Shown here one piece after another: positions 1-9,851 of a stretch of DNA of 64,000 nucleotides (position 1 is its first letter; each line of letters opens with the position of its first letter). Origin of the DNA: an uncultured Actinomycetes bacterium (GTDB taxonomy: Bacteria > Actinomycetota > UBA4738 > HRBIN12); assembly GCA_963704885.1 (NCBI GenBank), contig CAVPIB010000001.1, positions 416,001-480,000 of the forward strand, written 5' to 3'. The notes beneath the pieces were generated by a model, which worked only from the letters and a program-made list of their open reading frames with translations, was not told the DNA's origin and ran no database searches. The position numbers were made by a program, and so were the translations under genes.

Positions 1-705
1 GGTAGGCACAGTCGCTTGCGCACAGTGTGGATCGCGTCCTCGCGTCGCTCGTAGCCCCCGACCCCATGTTGCTCCGACACCAGGCGCTCCTCACGTTCGA
101 CCTGGAGTCCCATCTCGTGAAGCACCGCCTCGGCGTCGTCGGCAGTCGGACCCACCGGGCGCTCGAGGGCGTGGAATCGCTGCCACAGATCGCGCATCCA
201 AGCCAACGGATGCTCCCTCGTGAGCTCCACGACCACCCGGTGGCGCGCGTGTTCGTCCAACGCGCGCGCGAACGGCTCGAGCTCGGACGTGTTGTAGACG
301 ACGTGACCCGAGACAACTACGTCCAGCCTGCTCGACGTCCGCGGCGTCATCCGGCCACGACCCGGCCACGGCGCGCGCTTGCACTCCCGCGCGTACCGCG
401 TTGGCCAGGAACCCCTGGAGCATGTCCGCTTGCGCGTCGAAGCCCACGATCAGCCCCGCGCGTGCCGCGAGCGGAAGCGACGTGGCCCCACCACCCACGC
501 CGACGTCGAGCACCGTTCCGCCCTCGGGCAGAACCTCGAGCGCGCGCCTGGTGGTCGGCGTTGGCTCGTGATCCGCGGCGGCCTCGCCGCGTCTCCGGAA
601 GCACTCAGCGGCGAGCCCCCACGGTGACTCGGGCGCCGCGGCCACGATCTCATCGGGGATGGCCAGGTCCGCCATCCCCGAACGCCAGCGGTCGGCCGCG
701 GTCAC
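1..705 (-). CDS. Class I SAM-dependent methyltransferase (3'-partial; apparent frameshift near 324)
   Basis: VLDVGVGGGATS motif I. Removing one G near 324 gives ADVVVSGHVVYN...RVVVELT continuing toward the window edge. GTG start overlaps the upstream TGA. Confidence 0.8.
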
Positions 706-1871
706 GGGCGGTCCTCCCACGTGGCGCCGTCGTGCTCGCCCAACCGCGGTGGAGGCATCCGCGTGGACGGCGCCACGCCGTCGAACCTGATCGGGTTGGC
801 GACCAGACGCAACATTCCGCGCACGGGGTCGGGCACGTCTTGCACCGATGCCGCGCCGTCGGCTGAGGCGAACACCTCGTCCATGCGCATGATCGGCGAG
901 CACGGAACCGCTGCGTTCTCGAGCGCGCGCAGCCATGATGCGGCGTCACGCTCCGCGAATGCTTCGGACAACAAGGGGATCAGCTCCTCTCGATGCTCCA
1001 CCCGTGCCTCGTTCGTGGTGAATCGCGGATCGGCTTCCCACTCCGGATGCCCCACCACCTCGCACGTCCGCGCGAACAACCGGTCGTTGCCGGCCGCCAG
1101 GATGAATGGGCGGTCGCTCGCTTGGAACAGTTGGTACGGCACGATGTTCGGGTGCTCGGTGCCCATAGGACCCGGCACCACGCCGCCGATCAGGTGGTTC
1201 GCGGCCTGGTTCACCATGGCGGCCACGCTGGCGTCGTAGAGCGCCACGCTCACGTGCCTGCCGCTACCCGTCAGATCGCGCTCGCGGAGCCCGGCGAGCA
1301 CCCCGATCGTGGCGTCCAGGCCGGCGATGACGTCCAACAGGGCCACACCGGCCTTGACCGGCTGACCGTGACGCTCGCCGGTCACGCTCATCAGTCCGGA
1401 CAGTGCCTGCACGATGATGTCGTAGCCGGGGCGGCTTGCGGCCTGGGGCGCGTCGTCGCCGAACGCTGTCAGCGAGCACGTGACCAGCCGCGGATTCGTG
1501 GCGCGGAGTGCGTCCAACCCCAAACCGAATCGCTCCATCAACCCCGGGCGGAAGTTCTCGATCAACACATCGGCGCCCGCGGACAAACCGCGAACCATCT
1601 CCGCGCCGGTCGGCGACCCAAGATCCGCCGTCACCGACCGCTTGTTGCGGTTGAGCGACAGGAAGTAGGCGGCGTCGTCCCCGGCGAACGGAGGTCCCCA
1701 GTGCCGAGTGTCATCGCCCTCGCCGGGGCGCTCGACCTTGATCACATCGGCGCCCAGATCGGCCAACATCATGGTGCAGAGCGGGCCGGCCAGGATGCGG
1801 GACAGATCCAGCACACGAACGCCGGCCAGCGGAGCGGGGGGAGGAGCGGGAGGCGGGGTCGGGTTCGCCAT
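702..1871 (-). CDS. CoA-transferase family III (CaiB/BaiF)
   Basis: PLAGVRVLDLSRILAGP, LGADVIKVERPGEGDDTR, NRNKRS, ENFRPG and RPGYD motifs. Confidence 0.95.
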   Translation of the reverse strand: MANPTPPPAPPPAPLAGVRVLDLSRILAGPLCTMMLADLGADVIKVERPGEGDDTRHWGPPFAGDDAAYFLSLNRNKRSVTADLGSPTGAEMVRGLSAGADVLIENFRPGLMERFGLGLDALRATNPRLVTCSLTAFGDDAPQAASRPGYDIIVQALSGLMSVTGERHGQPVKAGVALLDVIAGLDATIGVLAGLRERDLTGSGRHVSVALYDASVAAMVNQAANHLIGGVVPGPMGTEHPNIVPYQLFQASDRPFILAAGNDRLFARTCEVVGHPEWEADPRFTTNEARVEHREELIPLLSEAFAERDAASWLRALENAAVPCSPIMRMDEVFASADGAASVQDVPDPVRGMLRLVANPIRFDGVAPSTRMPPPRLGEHDGATWEDRP

Positions 1872-2064
1872 GGGTGACTCGGCAGAGGCTACACGAGGGA
1901 CCCCAGAAAGAGCGGAAGCGCCGAAACCCGAGGGCTCCAGCGCTTCCAAGTGGATTTGTACAATGACCCCTCCTCGGAGGTCAACCTGGAAAGTGGGTTC
2001 TGTCACTCTTTCTGTCGGATGGCCCACTAGCGATGCAGTGCTTGATTGGGCATGATTGTCCCCT

Positions 2065-2730
2065 ATGAACCCCCAGAGCCTGGATCGGGCGAACGCGTTC
2101 CTGGCCGCGGTGGCCCGCCGAACCGAGGTGAACGGCGTCTTGCCCGGGACCCCGGCAGACATCGGCCACGAGCTCACCTTCCCCGATCCTTTGGCGACGG
2201 CGCGGGCCGTCCGCGCGCTGATCGCGCGACGCCGGCTGGAGCCGGCGGAGGGGTCGTACCGGCTACTCGATGACCGTCCGATCGCGGCCGGCGAGAAAGA
2301 GGTGATCGGGCGGCGGCCGAGGAAGCCGCGCAAGACCAAAGCGACGGGTCGTTCGGTGTCGTCCGAGGGTGGTGGTCCTCGCTACTCGGACATGGGCAGA
2401 GCGGCGGTCGACCGGCTGGTGGAGCTCGGCCGGGAGGTGGGAACCCTCCGCGCTGCGTTGAAGACGGCGCGGGAGGAAGCGCGGGAGTCGCGTGAGGCTC
2501 GGATAGAGGCGGAGCGCCGAGCGCAGTCCCTGGGCGCCAGGCTGCATGAGCTGGAGGCTCGTGCCGATATGGCCGAGTCCAACCTGCGGACGCTCCTAGC
2601 TTCGGTCAAGGGTCGCGAGGGCGGCCAGCGTGACGCAGCCGTGGGCGATAACGAGATGGAGGCCATCCTCGGTGTGCTGAAGGGGGCCGAGGAGCCGGAG
2701 GGGGAGCCCGTCCCTGCCCCCGAGTTCTAG
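2065..2730 (+). CDS. Hypothetical protein: possible N-terminal winged-helix-like region, basic linker and coiled coil
   Basis: GC3-biased ORF in an otherwise empty gap. RRPRKPRKTK patch. Heptad-rich LRAALKTAREEARE...LHELEARADMAESNLR. Confidence 0.7.
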   Translation: MNPQSLDRANAFLAAVARRTEVNGVLPGTPADIGHELTFPDPLATARAVRALIARRRLEPAEGSYRLLDDRPIAAGEKEVIGRRPRKPRKTKATGRSVSSEGGGPRYSDMGRAAVDRLVELGREVGTLRAALKTAREEARESREARIEAERRAQSLGARLHELEARADMAESNLRTLLASVKGREGGQRDAAVGDNEMEAILGVLKGAEEPEGEPVPAPEF

Positions 2731-3749
2731 GAACGCTTGAGGTTCGCGGCGTGGCACGCCGCGAAGTGATCGTTCCCAAGCTCCAGCGGACCTAGGTCCT
2801 CGCCGGTGCACTTGGCTTCGATCCCGAGCGTGACGGCCTCGCCCGAGGCGACGATCGGACACCGCGGATGGAACCGGCATCCTTGGGGGATCCGGGTGGG
2901 GTCCGGCGGCTCTCCCGCCAGGATGGGACGATCGATGCCGCCGGCCTCGGGCACCACATCCAGCAGCGCCTTCGTGTAGGGGTGCTTCGGCCGAAGCAGG
3001 ACCTCTTCGGTGGGTCCGATCTCAACGATGCGGCCGAGATACATCACGGCGACGCGGTCGGCCACGGTCCACGCGAGTCCCAGGTCGTGGGTGACGATGA
3101 TGATCGACAGGCCCAGGTCCGCCCGGAGCTGCATCAGCAGCTGCAGGATCTCGCCCCGCACCGACGCGTCCAGGTTGGAAACGGGCTCGTCGGCCACGAT
3201 GATCTCGGGGTCCAGCGCCAGGGCGCCGGCGATAACCACCCGCTGCCGTTGCCCGCCCGACAGCTCGTGGGGGTACGAGAGGTAGAAGCGCTCCGGCGGC
3301 CGAAGGCCCGAGCGAGAGAGGGCGCGAGCCACCAGCTGCTCCTCGGTCTCGCCGTTGGGCCCCCGCGTGATGCTGTGGATCCGAAGGCCCTCCGCGATGA
3401 TCTCGTAGATGGTCTGGCGAGGGTTCAGGCTGCCGGTGGGGTCCTGGAAAACCATCTGCACCCGGCGCCGGTAGGCCTGAAGCTTCCTGCCGATCGGCTT
3501 GCCCTCGAACACGATCTGTCCCGCGTTGGGCAGCTGCAGGCCCATGATGGCCCGAGCGGTGGTGGTCTTGCCGCACCCGGATTCGCCGGCGAGGGCCAGC
3601 ACCTCGCCTCGCCGGAGCTCGAACGTGATGCCGTCCACCGCCCTAGCCTCGAAGCCCTTCTGACCCCGCAGCCCGGCGATCAGCCCGACATGGCCCGCGA
3701 AAGTCACGTGCAGATCCTGCACCTCGATCGCGTTCTCGACCGTGCTCAC
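2727..3749 (-). CDS. Oligopeptide/dipeptide ABC ATP-binding protein (OppF/DppF-like)
   Basis: GESGCGKT, LSGGQRQR, ADEP, HPYT and GCRFHPRCP motifs. Confidence 0.95.
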   Translation of the reverse strand: MSTVENAIEVQDLHVTFAGHVGLIAGLRGQKGFEARAVDGITFELRRGEVLALAGESGCGKTTTARAIMGLQLPNAGQIVFEGKPIGRKLQAYRRRVQMVFQDPTGSLNPRQTIYEIIAEGLRIHSITRGPNGETEEQLVARALSRSGLRPPERFYLSYPHELSGGQRQRVVIAGALALDPEIIVADEPVSNLDASVRGEILQLLMQLRADLGLSIIIVTHDLGLAWTVADRVAVMYLGRIVEIGPTEEVLLRPKHPYTKALLDVVPEAGGIDRPILAGEPPDPTRIPQGCRFHPRCPIVASGEAVTLGIEAKCTGEDLGPLELGNDHFAACHAANLKRS

Positions 3750-4735
3750 GGCTCCTCCGTTGCCGCGGCGACCTTGGCCGGCTCCATCAGCAGGCAGGCG
3801 GCGGTTCGGTTCGGCCCCGCCGGGAAGAGCTCGGGTTCGCGGGTGGGGCATTCGTCGAAGGCCACGGGGCATCTCGGGTGGAACGAACAGCCGGAAGGGA
3901 CCTGCTGCGGATCTGGAGGATCGCCGCCCAGACCGGTGGGGTTCCTGCGGAACCGCTGGTCGCCGATCTCCGGGAACGCCGCCGCGAGCGCCTCGGTGTA
4001 GGGATGCTTGGCGTCATGGAAGACCTCGTTGGCCGGGCCCTGCTCCACGATCTTTCCCGCGTACATGATCGCCAGGATGTCGGAGATCTCGACCAGCACC
4101 GACAGGTCGTGCGTGATGAAGATCATGGAGAGACCCAGGTCGCGCTGGAGTTCCTTCATCAACCGGAGCACCTGTGCCTGCACCATGACGTCGAGCGCGG
4201 TGGTCGGCTCGTCCGCGATCACGAGCGACGGGCTGCATGCCAGCGCCATGGCGATCATCACGCGCTGCTTCTGGCCGCCCGACAACTCGTGCGGATAGTC
4301 GTTGATGCGTCGCGGCGGCAGACCAACCTGCTCGAAGAGCGCCCCTACACGCACCCTGGCCTGCTTCTCGCCGGCCTGGCCATGCACTACGATCGCCTCG
4401 GCTATCTGGTCTGAGACCCGCTGGACGGGATTCAACGCGTGCTGCGCTCCCTGGAACACGATCGACGCTCCGGCCCAACGTAGCGCGCGCAGCCGCCCGG
4501 GCGTCATGGCCAAGATATCGTCGCCGTCGAGGGCCACGCGCCCTTCGACCTTGGTCGTGGACGGCAGCAGCCGGAGGATGGCTCCGGCGATCGTTGACTT
4601 GCCGCAGCCAGATTCGCCGGCCAGGCCCAGCACCTGGCCCTTCTCGATGGTCAGATCGACGCCGCGGACAGCCGGCACCGGACCGCCCTTCGTCTGATAG
4701 GTGACCCGGAGATCCTCGATCTCGAGCAGGCTCAT
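3746..4735 (-). CDS. Oligopeptide/dipeptide ABC ATP-binding protein (OppD/DppD-like)
   Basis: GESGCGKS, YPHELSGGQKQR, ADEPTTALDV and GCSFHPRCP motifs. Confidence 0.95.
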   Translation of the reverse strand: MSLLEIEDLRVTYQTKGGPVPAVRGVDLTIEKGQVLGLAGESGCGKSTIAGAILRLLPSTTKVEGRVALDGDDILAMTPGRLRALRWAGASIVFQGAQHALNPVQRVSDQIAEAIVVHGQAGEKQARVRVGALFEQVGLPPRRINDYPHELSGGQKQRVMIAMALACSPSLVIADEPTTALDVMVQAQVLRLMKELQRDLGLSMIFITHDLSVLVEISDILAIMYAGKIVEQGPANEVFHDAKHPYTEALAAAFPEIGDQRFRRNPTGLGGDPPDPQQVPSGCSFHPRCPVAFDECPTREPELFPAGPNRTAACLLMEPAKVAAATEEP

Positions 4736-5679
4736 CGCGACCTCAGTTTCGGGTTGAGTATGTCGTCCAGTGCGTAGCCGATCATGGTGAAGGAAAGGAC
4801 CAGCAGCACGATCGCCACGCCTGGCGGGATGATCCACCACCAGTAGCCGGAGAACGCCGCTCCCTGCCCGAACGCCTGCTCCAAGATCGTGCCCCAAGAG
4901 ATGCTCGTGATGGGGTCCGGGCCGAGCCCCAGGAACGAGAGCGTGGTCTCGGTCAAGATCGCTATCGCCACGATCAGGATCGTGTTGGCGAAGATCAGCG
5001 GCCCCACGTTAGGGAGGATGTGGCGCGCAACCAGATGAAAGTCACCGGAGCCCAGGGCGCGGGAGCGCTCCACGTAACCCCTGGTCTTGAGCGAGAGCAC
5101 CTGAGCGCGGATCACGCGCGCCGTGCTGGGCCACGAGGTGATCCCGATGACGAAGATCACCGTGTAGAGCGAGGGCTTCAGGATCACCGACAGCACGATC
5201 GCGAGCGGGAGGAACGGGATGACCAGGAACCAGTCGGTCAGGCGCATGAGGCCGGTTTCGCGCCAGCCGCCGTAGTAGCCGGCGATGAGTCCGATGCTTG
5301 CTCCGATGAAGACCGTGATCAAGGTGGCGGCCAGGCCCACGATGAGCGAGATCCTGGCTCCCCAGATGACCAGCGAGAGCACCGATCGCGCCTGGGCGTC
5401 GGTGCCGAACCAGAACTCCGCGCTTGGGGGAGACAGGGCCGGATTGTCCGGATGGCAGATGGGGGAAAGGTCGCATCTGCTGACCAGGACCGGCGCGAAG
5501 ATCGCTATCGCTATGAAGAACAGCAGGATGGCAAGGCCCGCCATGCCCATGGTGTTCTGCCGGTACTGCCTCCACACGCGCCTGAGGGAGTCCTTCCGGC
5601 GTTGCCGAGCGATCGCCCTGGGGCTGGTGGGACCCTCGGGAGACGCTTGCTCGACAGGATCGACCTGAGTGGTCGCCAT
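4732..5679 (-). CDS. Peptide ABC permease (OppC/DppC-like)
   Basis: FGTD..RSVLSLVIWGARISL, EAA-loop region, HILPN, WWWIIPPG. Confidence 0.95.
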   Translation of the reverse strand: MATTQVDPVEQASPEGPTSPRAIARQRRKDSLRRVWRQYRQNTMGMAGLAILLFFIAIAIFAPVLVSRCDLSPICHPDNPALSPPSAEFWFGTDAQARSVLSLVIWGARISLIVGLAATLITVFIGASIGLIAGYYGGWRETGLMRLTDWFLVIPFLPLAIVLSVILKPSLYTVIFVIGITSWPSTARVIRAQVLSLKTRGYVERSRALGSGDFHLVARHILPNVGPLIFANTILIVAIAILTETTLSFLGLGPDPITSISWGTILEQAFGQGAAFSGYWWWIIPPGVAIVLLVLSFTMIGYALDDILNPKLRSR

Positions 5680-5680
5680 C

Positions 5681-6649
5681 TCAGGCCGCCCTCACACGCG
5701 GGTCGAGGTAGGAGTAGAGCAGGTCGGCAACCAGGTTCGCCACGATGACCGCCGCGCTGAACAGCAGGAAGAGTCCCTGCAGCAGCGCGTAGTCCTGGTT
5801 GCCGATCGCCTCATAGGTGAGGCGGCCCAGGCCGGGCCAGGAGAAGATCGTCTCGATCACGATGGCGCCGCCTACCACGTAGCCGAGCGACAGGATGGTG
5901 ACCGTCATCGTGGGCAGCAGGGCGTTGGGCACCGCGTGACGTTTGCGGACCATGCGTTCGCGCACACCCTTCGCTCGAGCCACCAAGATGAAGTCCTCGC
6001 CCAGAACCTCCATCAGCGACGACCGCATGATCAATGAGTACTCCGCCAAGTACGACACCGTGAGGACGATGAACGGCAGCGCCAAGTGGTTCAAGACGTC
6101 GGCCACGTGCGCGAGTCCCGTCAGGCCCGAGGCGGGAGTCTGCATGCCACCCGACGGGAAGATGGGCCAAGTCACCGAGAAGAGCATGATCATCAGCAAG
6201 CCGAACCAGAACTCGGGCATGGAATACAGCACCAGCGTGGTGCCCAGCATGGACCTGTCGAACCTAGACCCCCATCTCCACCCTTGCTTTATGCCGATCC
6301 AGATCCCGAGGAGGATCGAGGCGATCGTGGACGTGCCGATCAACAGGACGGTCGGCCACACCGCGCCCGCGATCTCCGAAGACACCGGTTGGTTGTCGAA
6401 CGTCAACCCTAGGTTTCCGTTGATGCTCTGCTGGAGGTAGTTCACGAACTGCTCGGGGAGCGGCAGGTCAAGTCCCAGCTGGGACTTCAGGTCGGCGAGC
6501 GCAGAAGTGGTGAGGGAGCCGCGCTGTTTCGCCAGGAGCTGTGTCGGATCCCCCAACCCTCGGAAGAGGAAGAAGTTGAACGCCAGGACGAACAGCAGGG
6601 TGAGCACCGCCTGCAGGATCTTGGAAAGCAGATATCGACGGGAACCCAC
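5681..6649 (-). CDS. Peptide ABC permease (OppB/DppB-like)
   Basis: GLDLPLPEQF, ARAKG, HAVPNALLP, IETIFSWPGLG. Confidence 0.95.
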   Translation of the reverse strand: MGSRRYLLSKILQAVLTLLFVLAFNFFLFRGLGDPTQLLAKQRGSLTTSALADLKSQLGLDLPLPEQFVNYLQQSINGNLGLTFDNQPVSSEIAGAVWPTVLLIGTSTIASILLGIWIGIKQGWRWGSRFDRSMLGTTLVLYSMPEFWFGLLMIMLFSVTWPIFPSGGMQTPASGLTGLAHVADVLNHLALPFIVLTVSYLAEYSLIMRSSLMEVLGEDFILVARAKGVRERMVRKRHAVPNALLPTMTVTILSLGYVVGGAIVIETIFSWPGLGRLTYEAIGNQDYALLQGLFLLFSAAVIVANLVADLLYSYLDPRVRAA

Positions 6650-6676
6650 CCTGCTCGTCCTCTCTCCGCGATCCGA

Positions 6677-8575
6677 CTAGGCGTCGTCCTCGCCGGACTC
6701 GCGTCGCCTGCGAGCGAGCACGAACGCGCCCACGATCACGACCGCGGCCGCCAGGATCCCGATCCACAGTCCGGCCGAGATACCGCTAGAGCTGCTACTA
6801 CCGCCCTCACCAGCGGCGGTGCCGCTGACGGGCCGGATGTTCATGAACGACAGTGGTCCGTAGGTGGCCAGCAGATCGCCGTCGGGATCCGGCTGAGGCA
6901 AGAACCCCTCCCAGTCCGAGCTGTGAGCCTGGAGCGACGCGCCGTTCCACAGCATGATGTAGGGCTGATCGCGATAGAGGATCGCCTGCATCTGATGGAT
7001 GATGTCCACCCGCGCCGCCGGGTCGGTGACTGCGCCCTGTTGACTGTTGAGCTCGTCGTAGTCGGGGTTGCAGTAGTAGCTATCGGAGTTGCGATAGGTG
7101 TCGGCGTCCGGAGGACGCGCCGCGCACGTGAAGATGTCCACGATGTAGTTCGGGTCGGGGTTCGGGTACCAACCCCACACGAACATGTCGTAGTCGCCAG
7201 CCAAGATCAAGTTGCCCAGCTTGCTGCTGTTGATCGTCTGGGGCTCGAGCTTGATCCCGATCTGTTCCAGCCAGCCGGACACGTAAGGGACGATGTCGAT
7301 CGAGTTCTGGTCCGAGTTCCTGCTTAGGAAGCGGAACACGAGCGGCCTTCCGGACTTGGGGTCCACCCTCACCCCGTCCGATCCCATCTCGTAACCGGCG
7401 TCGTCAAGCATCTGGTTGGCCGCCTCGATGTTGAACGAGAGGTCGGGGTCGTCGGGCCCGGGCTCCCACGGCCCGGTGGTCGCTCCCGGCTGGACGGGCG
7501 AGATCCCGGCCGTGCCGTATCCCAGCAGCACCTTGTCCACGAGCGTCTGGCTGTCCACGGCTCGCCTGATGGCCTGTCGTAACACCACGTCGGTCAACGC
7601 CGGGTGCCCGTCGCCGTGAGGCTTGAAGCCCCCGGCCGGATCCGTCTGATAGGGAGAGCCTGTGTTGATCCCGATCTCGTCGAAGCTGGGGATGGCCGCT
7701 CCACGTGTCTCCATCCCACGGGACTCGAGCGTGTTCAGGATGTTCGCCGACGTGAAGTAGCCGAAGTCGATCTCACCGGACTGCAGCGCGGCTGCCTCGG
7801 CGTCCTGGTTGCCGTAGATCCTGTAGATGATCTGATCGACGTTGGGAGTCAGGCCCGCGTCGAGCCCCCAGAAGTTCGGGTTGCGGTCCATCTGAACGTA
7901 CTGGTTCTTCACGTAGTCGGTGATGATGAACGGACCGGTTCCCACCGACGGGAATCCCGTCTGCTGCTTGGCAGCCTTGTAGTCATCTTCGTACTTACCC
8001 CAGATGTGCTCGGCCAGGATGAAGTCGTAGAGGAAGACTGAGGCCCCTGAGTAGAACGAAGTCGGCTTCTTGCTGGTAAGCACCATAGTGGTGTCGTCCG
8101 GCGCCGAGGCTGACTCCATGAGGGCCAGGTCGGAGCTGTAGTTGGGGACGTTGTTGTCCTTGTAGAAGTTGTAGGTCCACGCGGCGTCCGAGGCGCTGAA
8201 CGGCTCGCCGTCGGACCATTTGACGCCGTCGCGGAAGTGGTACGTGAACGTCATGCCGTCGGAGCTGGTGTCGACGCTTGTCACGATCGAATGCTCGAAG
8301 TCGGGGCTGAAGTCCGTGGTGGCGAAGTTGATCGGGATGTCGTAAGCCAGGGACCACATCACGTAGTCGGTTACCAGATAACCGACCAATGGGTTCAGTG
8401 AACTGGGTTCGGCAACGTCGGCGTACGTGAAGACGACCTTCTCGGGCTCACCGGATGCCGACGATGACGCGTCCTGCGCGAACGCGTAGTTCGCCGCAGC
8501 CGTAGTGGCTACCAAGGTCGCCGCGATGATGACTGAGAGATCGATCGTGCGTCTTGCCCTGATACCCCTAGACAT
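6677..8575 (-). CDS. Family 5 solute-binding protein with signal peptide and C-terminal membrane anchor
   Basis: GVKWSDGEPFSASD, VGTGPF, ALQSGEID. C-terminal hydrophobic helix followed by RRRR. Confidence 0.93.
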   Translation of the reverse strand: MSRGIRARRTIDLSVIIAATLVATTAAANYAFAQDASSSASGEPEKVVFTYADVAEPSSLNPLVGYLVTDYVMWSLAYDIPINFATTDFSPDFEHSIVTSVDTSSDGMTFTYHFRDGVKWSDGEPFSASDAAWTYNFYKDNNVPNYSSDLALMESASAPDDTTMVLTSKKPTSFYSGASVFLYDFILAEHIWGKYEDDYKAAKQQTGFPSVGTGPFIITDYVKNQYVQMDRNPNFWGLDAGLTPNVDQIIYRIYGNQDAEAAALQSGEIDFGYFTSANILNTLESRGMETRGAAIPSFDEIGINTGSPYQTDPAGGFKPHGDGHPALTDVVLRQAIRRAVDSQTLVDKVLLGYGTAGISPVQPGATTGPWEPGPDDPDLSFNIEAANQMLDDAGYEMGSDGVRVDPKSGRPLVFRFLSRNSDQNSIDIVPYVSGWLEQIGIKLEPQTINSSKLGNLILAGDYDMFVWGWYPNPDPNYIVDIFTCAARPPDADTYRNSDSYYCNPDYDELNSQQGAVTDPAARVDIIHQMQAILYRDQPYIMLWNGASLQAHSSDWEGFLPQPDPDGDLLATYGPLSFMNIRPVSGTAAGEGGSSSSSGISAGLWIGILAAAVVIVGAFVLARRRRESGEDDA

Positions 8576-8704
8576 GCCGTTCCCCTTTCAAGCTCTTGCC
8601 CTCTCTTACGCGCCAGGCTCCACGCCCGGTTGACCGGTCGTCGGAGGCGGGGCGCAAGGCGCCTTGTATAGCATCGCCGCACCCGATGGCGCTAGGGCTC
8701 CAGA

Positions 8705-9816
8705 CTATCGGCGGAGCTCCGCCAGGTCGATCTCGGCGTACTCGGACTCGCAGGGATTCCCTGCTGTCACCCACATCCGTCTTGGCTGCCGCGTCGGTCA
8801 CCATGGAGAACATCACCGTCGACGCCTCTTCACCCTCTTCGGGGTCGGGGTGCAGGCAGATCGACTGCGGAGATGACTCGTGGTCACGCATGATCTCCAT
8901 CAGATCCTCCGGCGTGGTGGGATCCCGCTCTATCGAGCAGCTCCCGGAGCCGTTCCAGACGGCCGCGGCTGCCGTCCGACGGCGGCGGTGCCAGCGCCGC
9001 CAGGCCGGGGTCCAGGTAATGGTTGGTGTGTGGTCCCGCCTGATCCAGTACGACGTGTTCGCGCCCGGTCGTCTCCACGGTGAACGCGTCGTCGGCGAAC
9101 CCGTAGACGTGTCCGTAACCACCTGCGCGCCCCGGCATGGCCGCCCGCGCGATCGCGTCGGCTCGGTTCCGCGCCTCCAGCGAGCTCCGCGACACCAGGA
9201 CGCGGGGCACTCCCACGCCGTCGTCTAGGGCGGTGAGCGACCCGATGCCCTGGGCGCAGCCGTGTGCGTTCGTTCCGACCGCCGGCAGACAACACACGAC
9301 CGTTGGTGAGGCCACGGGCACGCGACCCCCCTCGGGGACATCGATGATGACAGCGACGTTGCCCACGTCGCCAGTCAGCCAGTGCTCGTTATGTGCCAGC
9401 AGCGTGGTGTCAGGAAGCCGAACCGAGACGCTGGAGCATCGCTCGACGATCGGGGGCTTGACGTAGCCCTCCTTCTTCTGCAGGAAGAGGAGTTCGCCAT
9501 CGGGCGACTCGAGCAGCGGCTCGAGCTCCTCGAAGGCGTTGATCGCGAACAGCTCAAGGATCGGAACCATGGCGCCGATCGACATGCCCTTCAGCACCGC
9601 CAGCGATTCCGGATAGGCGGTTTCGCCCGCCAACAGGTACGGGGTGAGGACATCCTGCAGGGTCTCTGAAGAGGCCCCACGCCGGGAGAGGTACCGATGG
9701 TAGAACTCGATCGAGGGCTGGATCAGGTCGGCGAGCTCCTTGCCGATGTGGGTACCACGCTCGAACGCGTTCCCCTGTGCGCGGACCACCCGGATCTCAG
9801 CCACCGGCGGCATCAT
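8705..9816 (-). CDS. C45 family Ntn-hydrolase/acyltransferase (two apparent frameshifts near 8930 and 8782)
   Basis: RCSSV nucleophile, LAHNEHW, HTNHYL. Continues in other frames as RDHESSPQSICLHP and RMWVTAGNPCESEY to a TAG at 8705-8707. Confidence 0.82.
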
Positions 9817-9851
9817 CCCAGCGGGGAGGCTGTGGCGCTAGTCAGTTCGAG

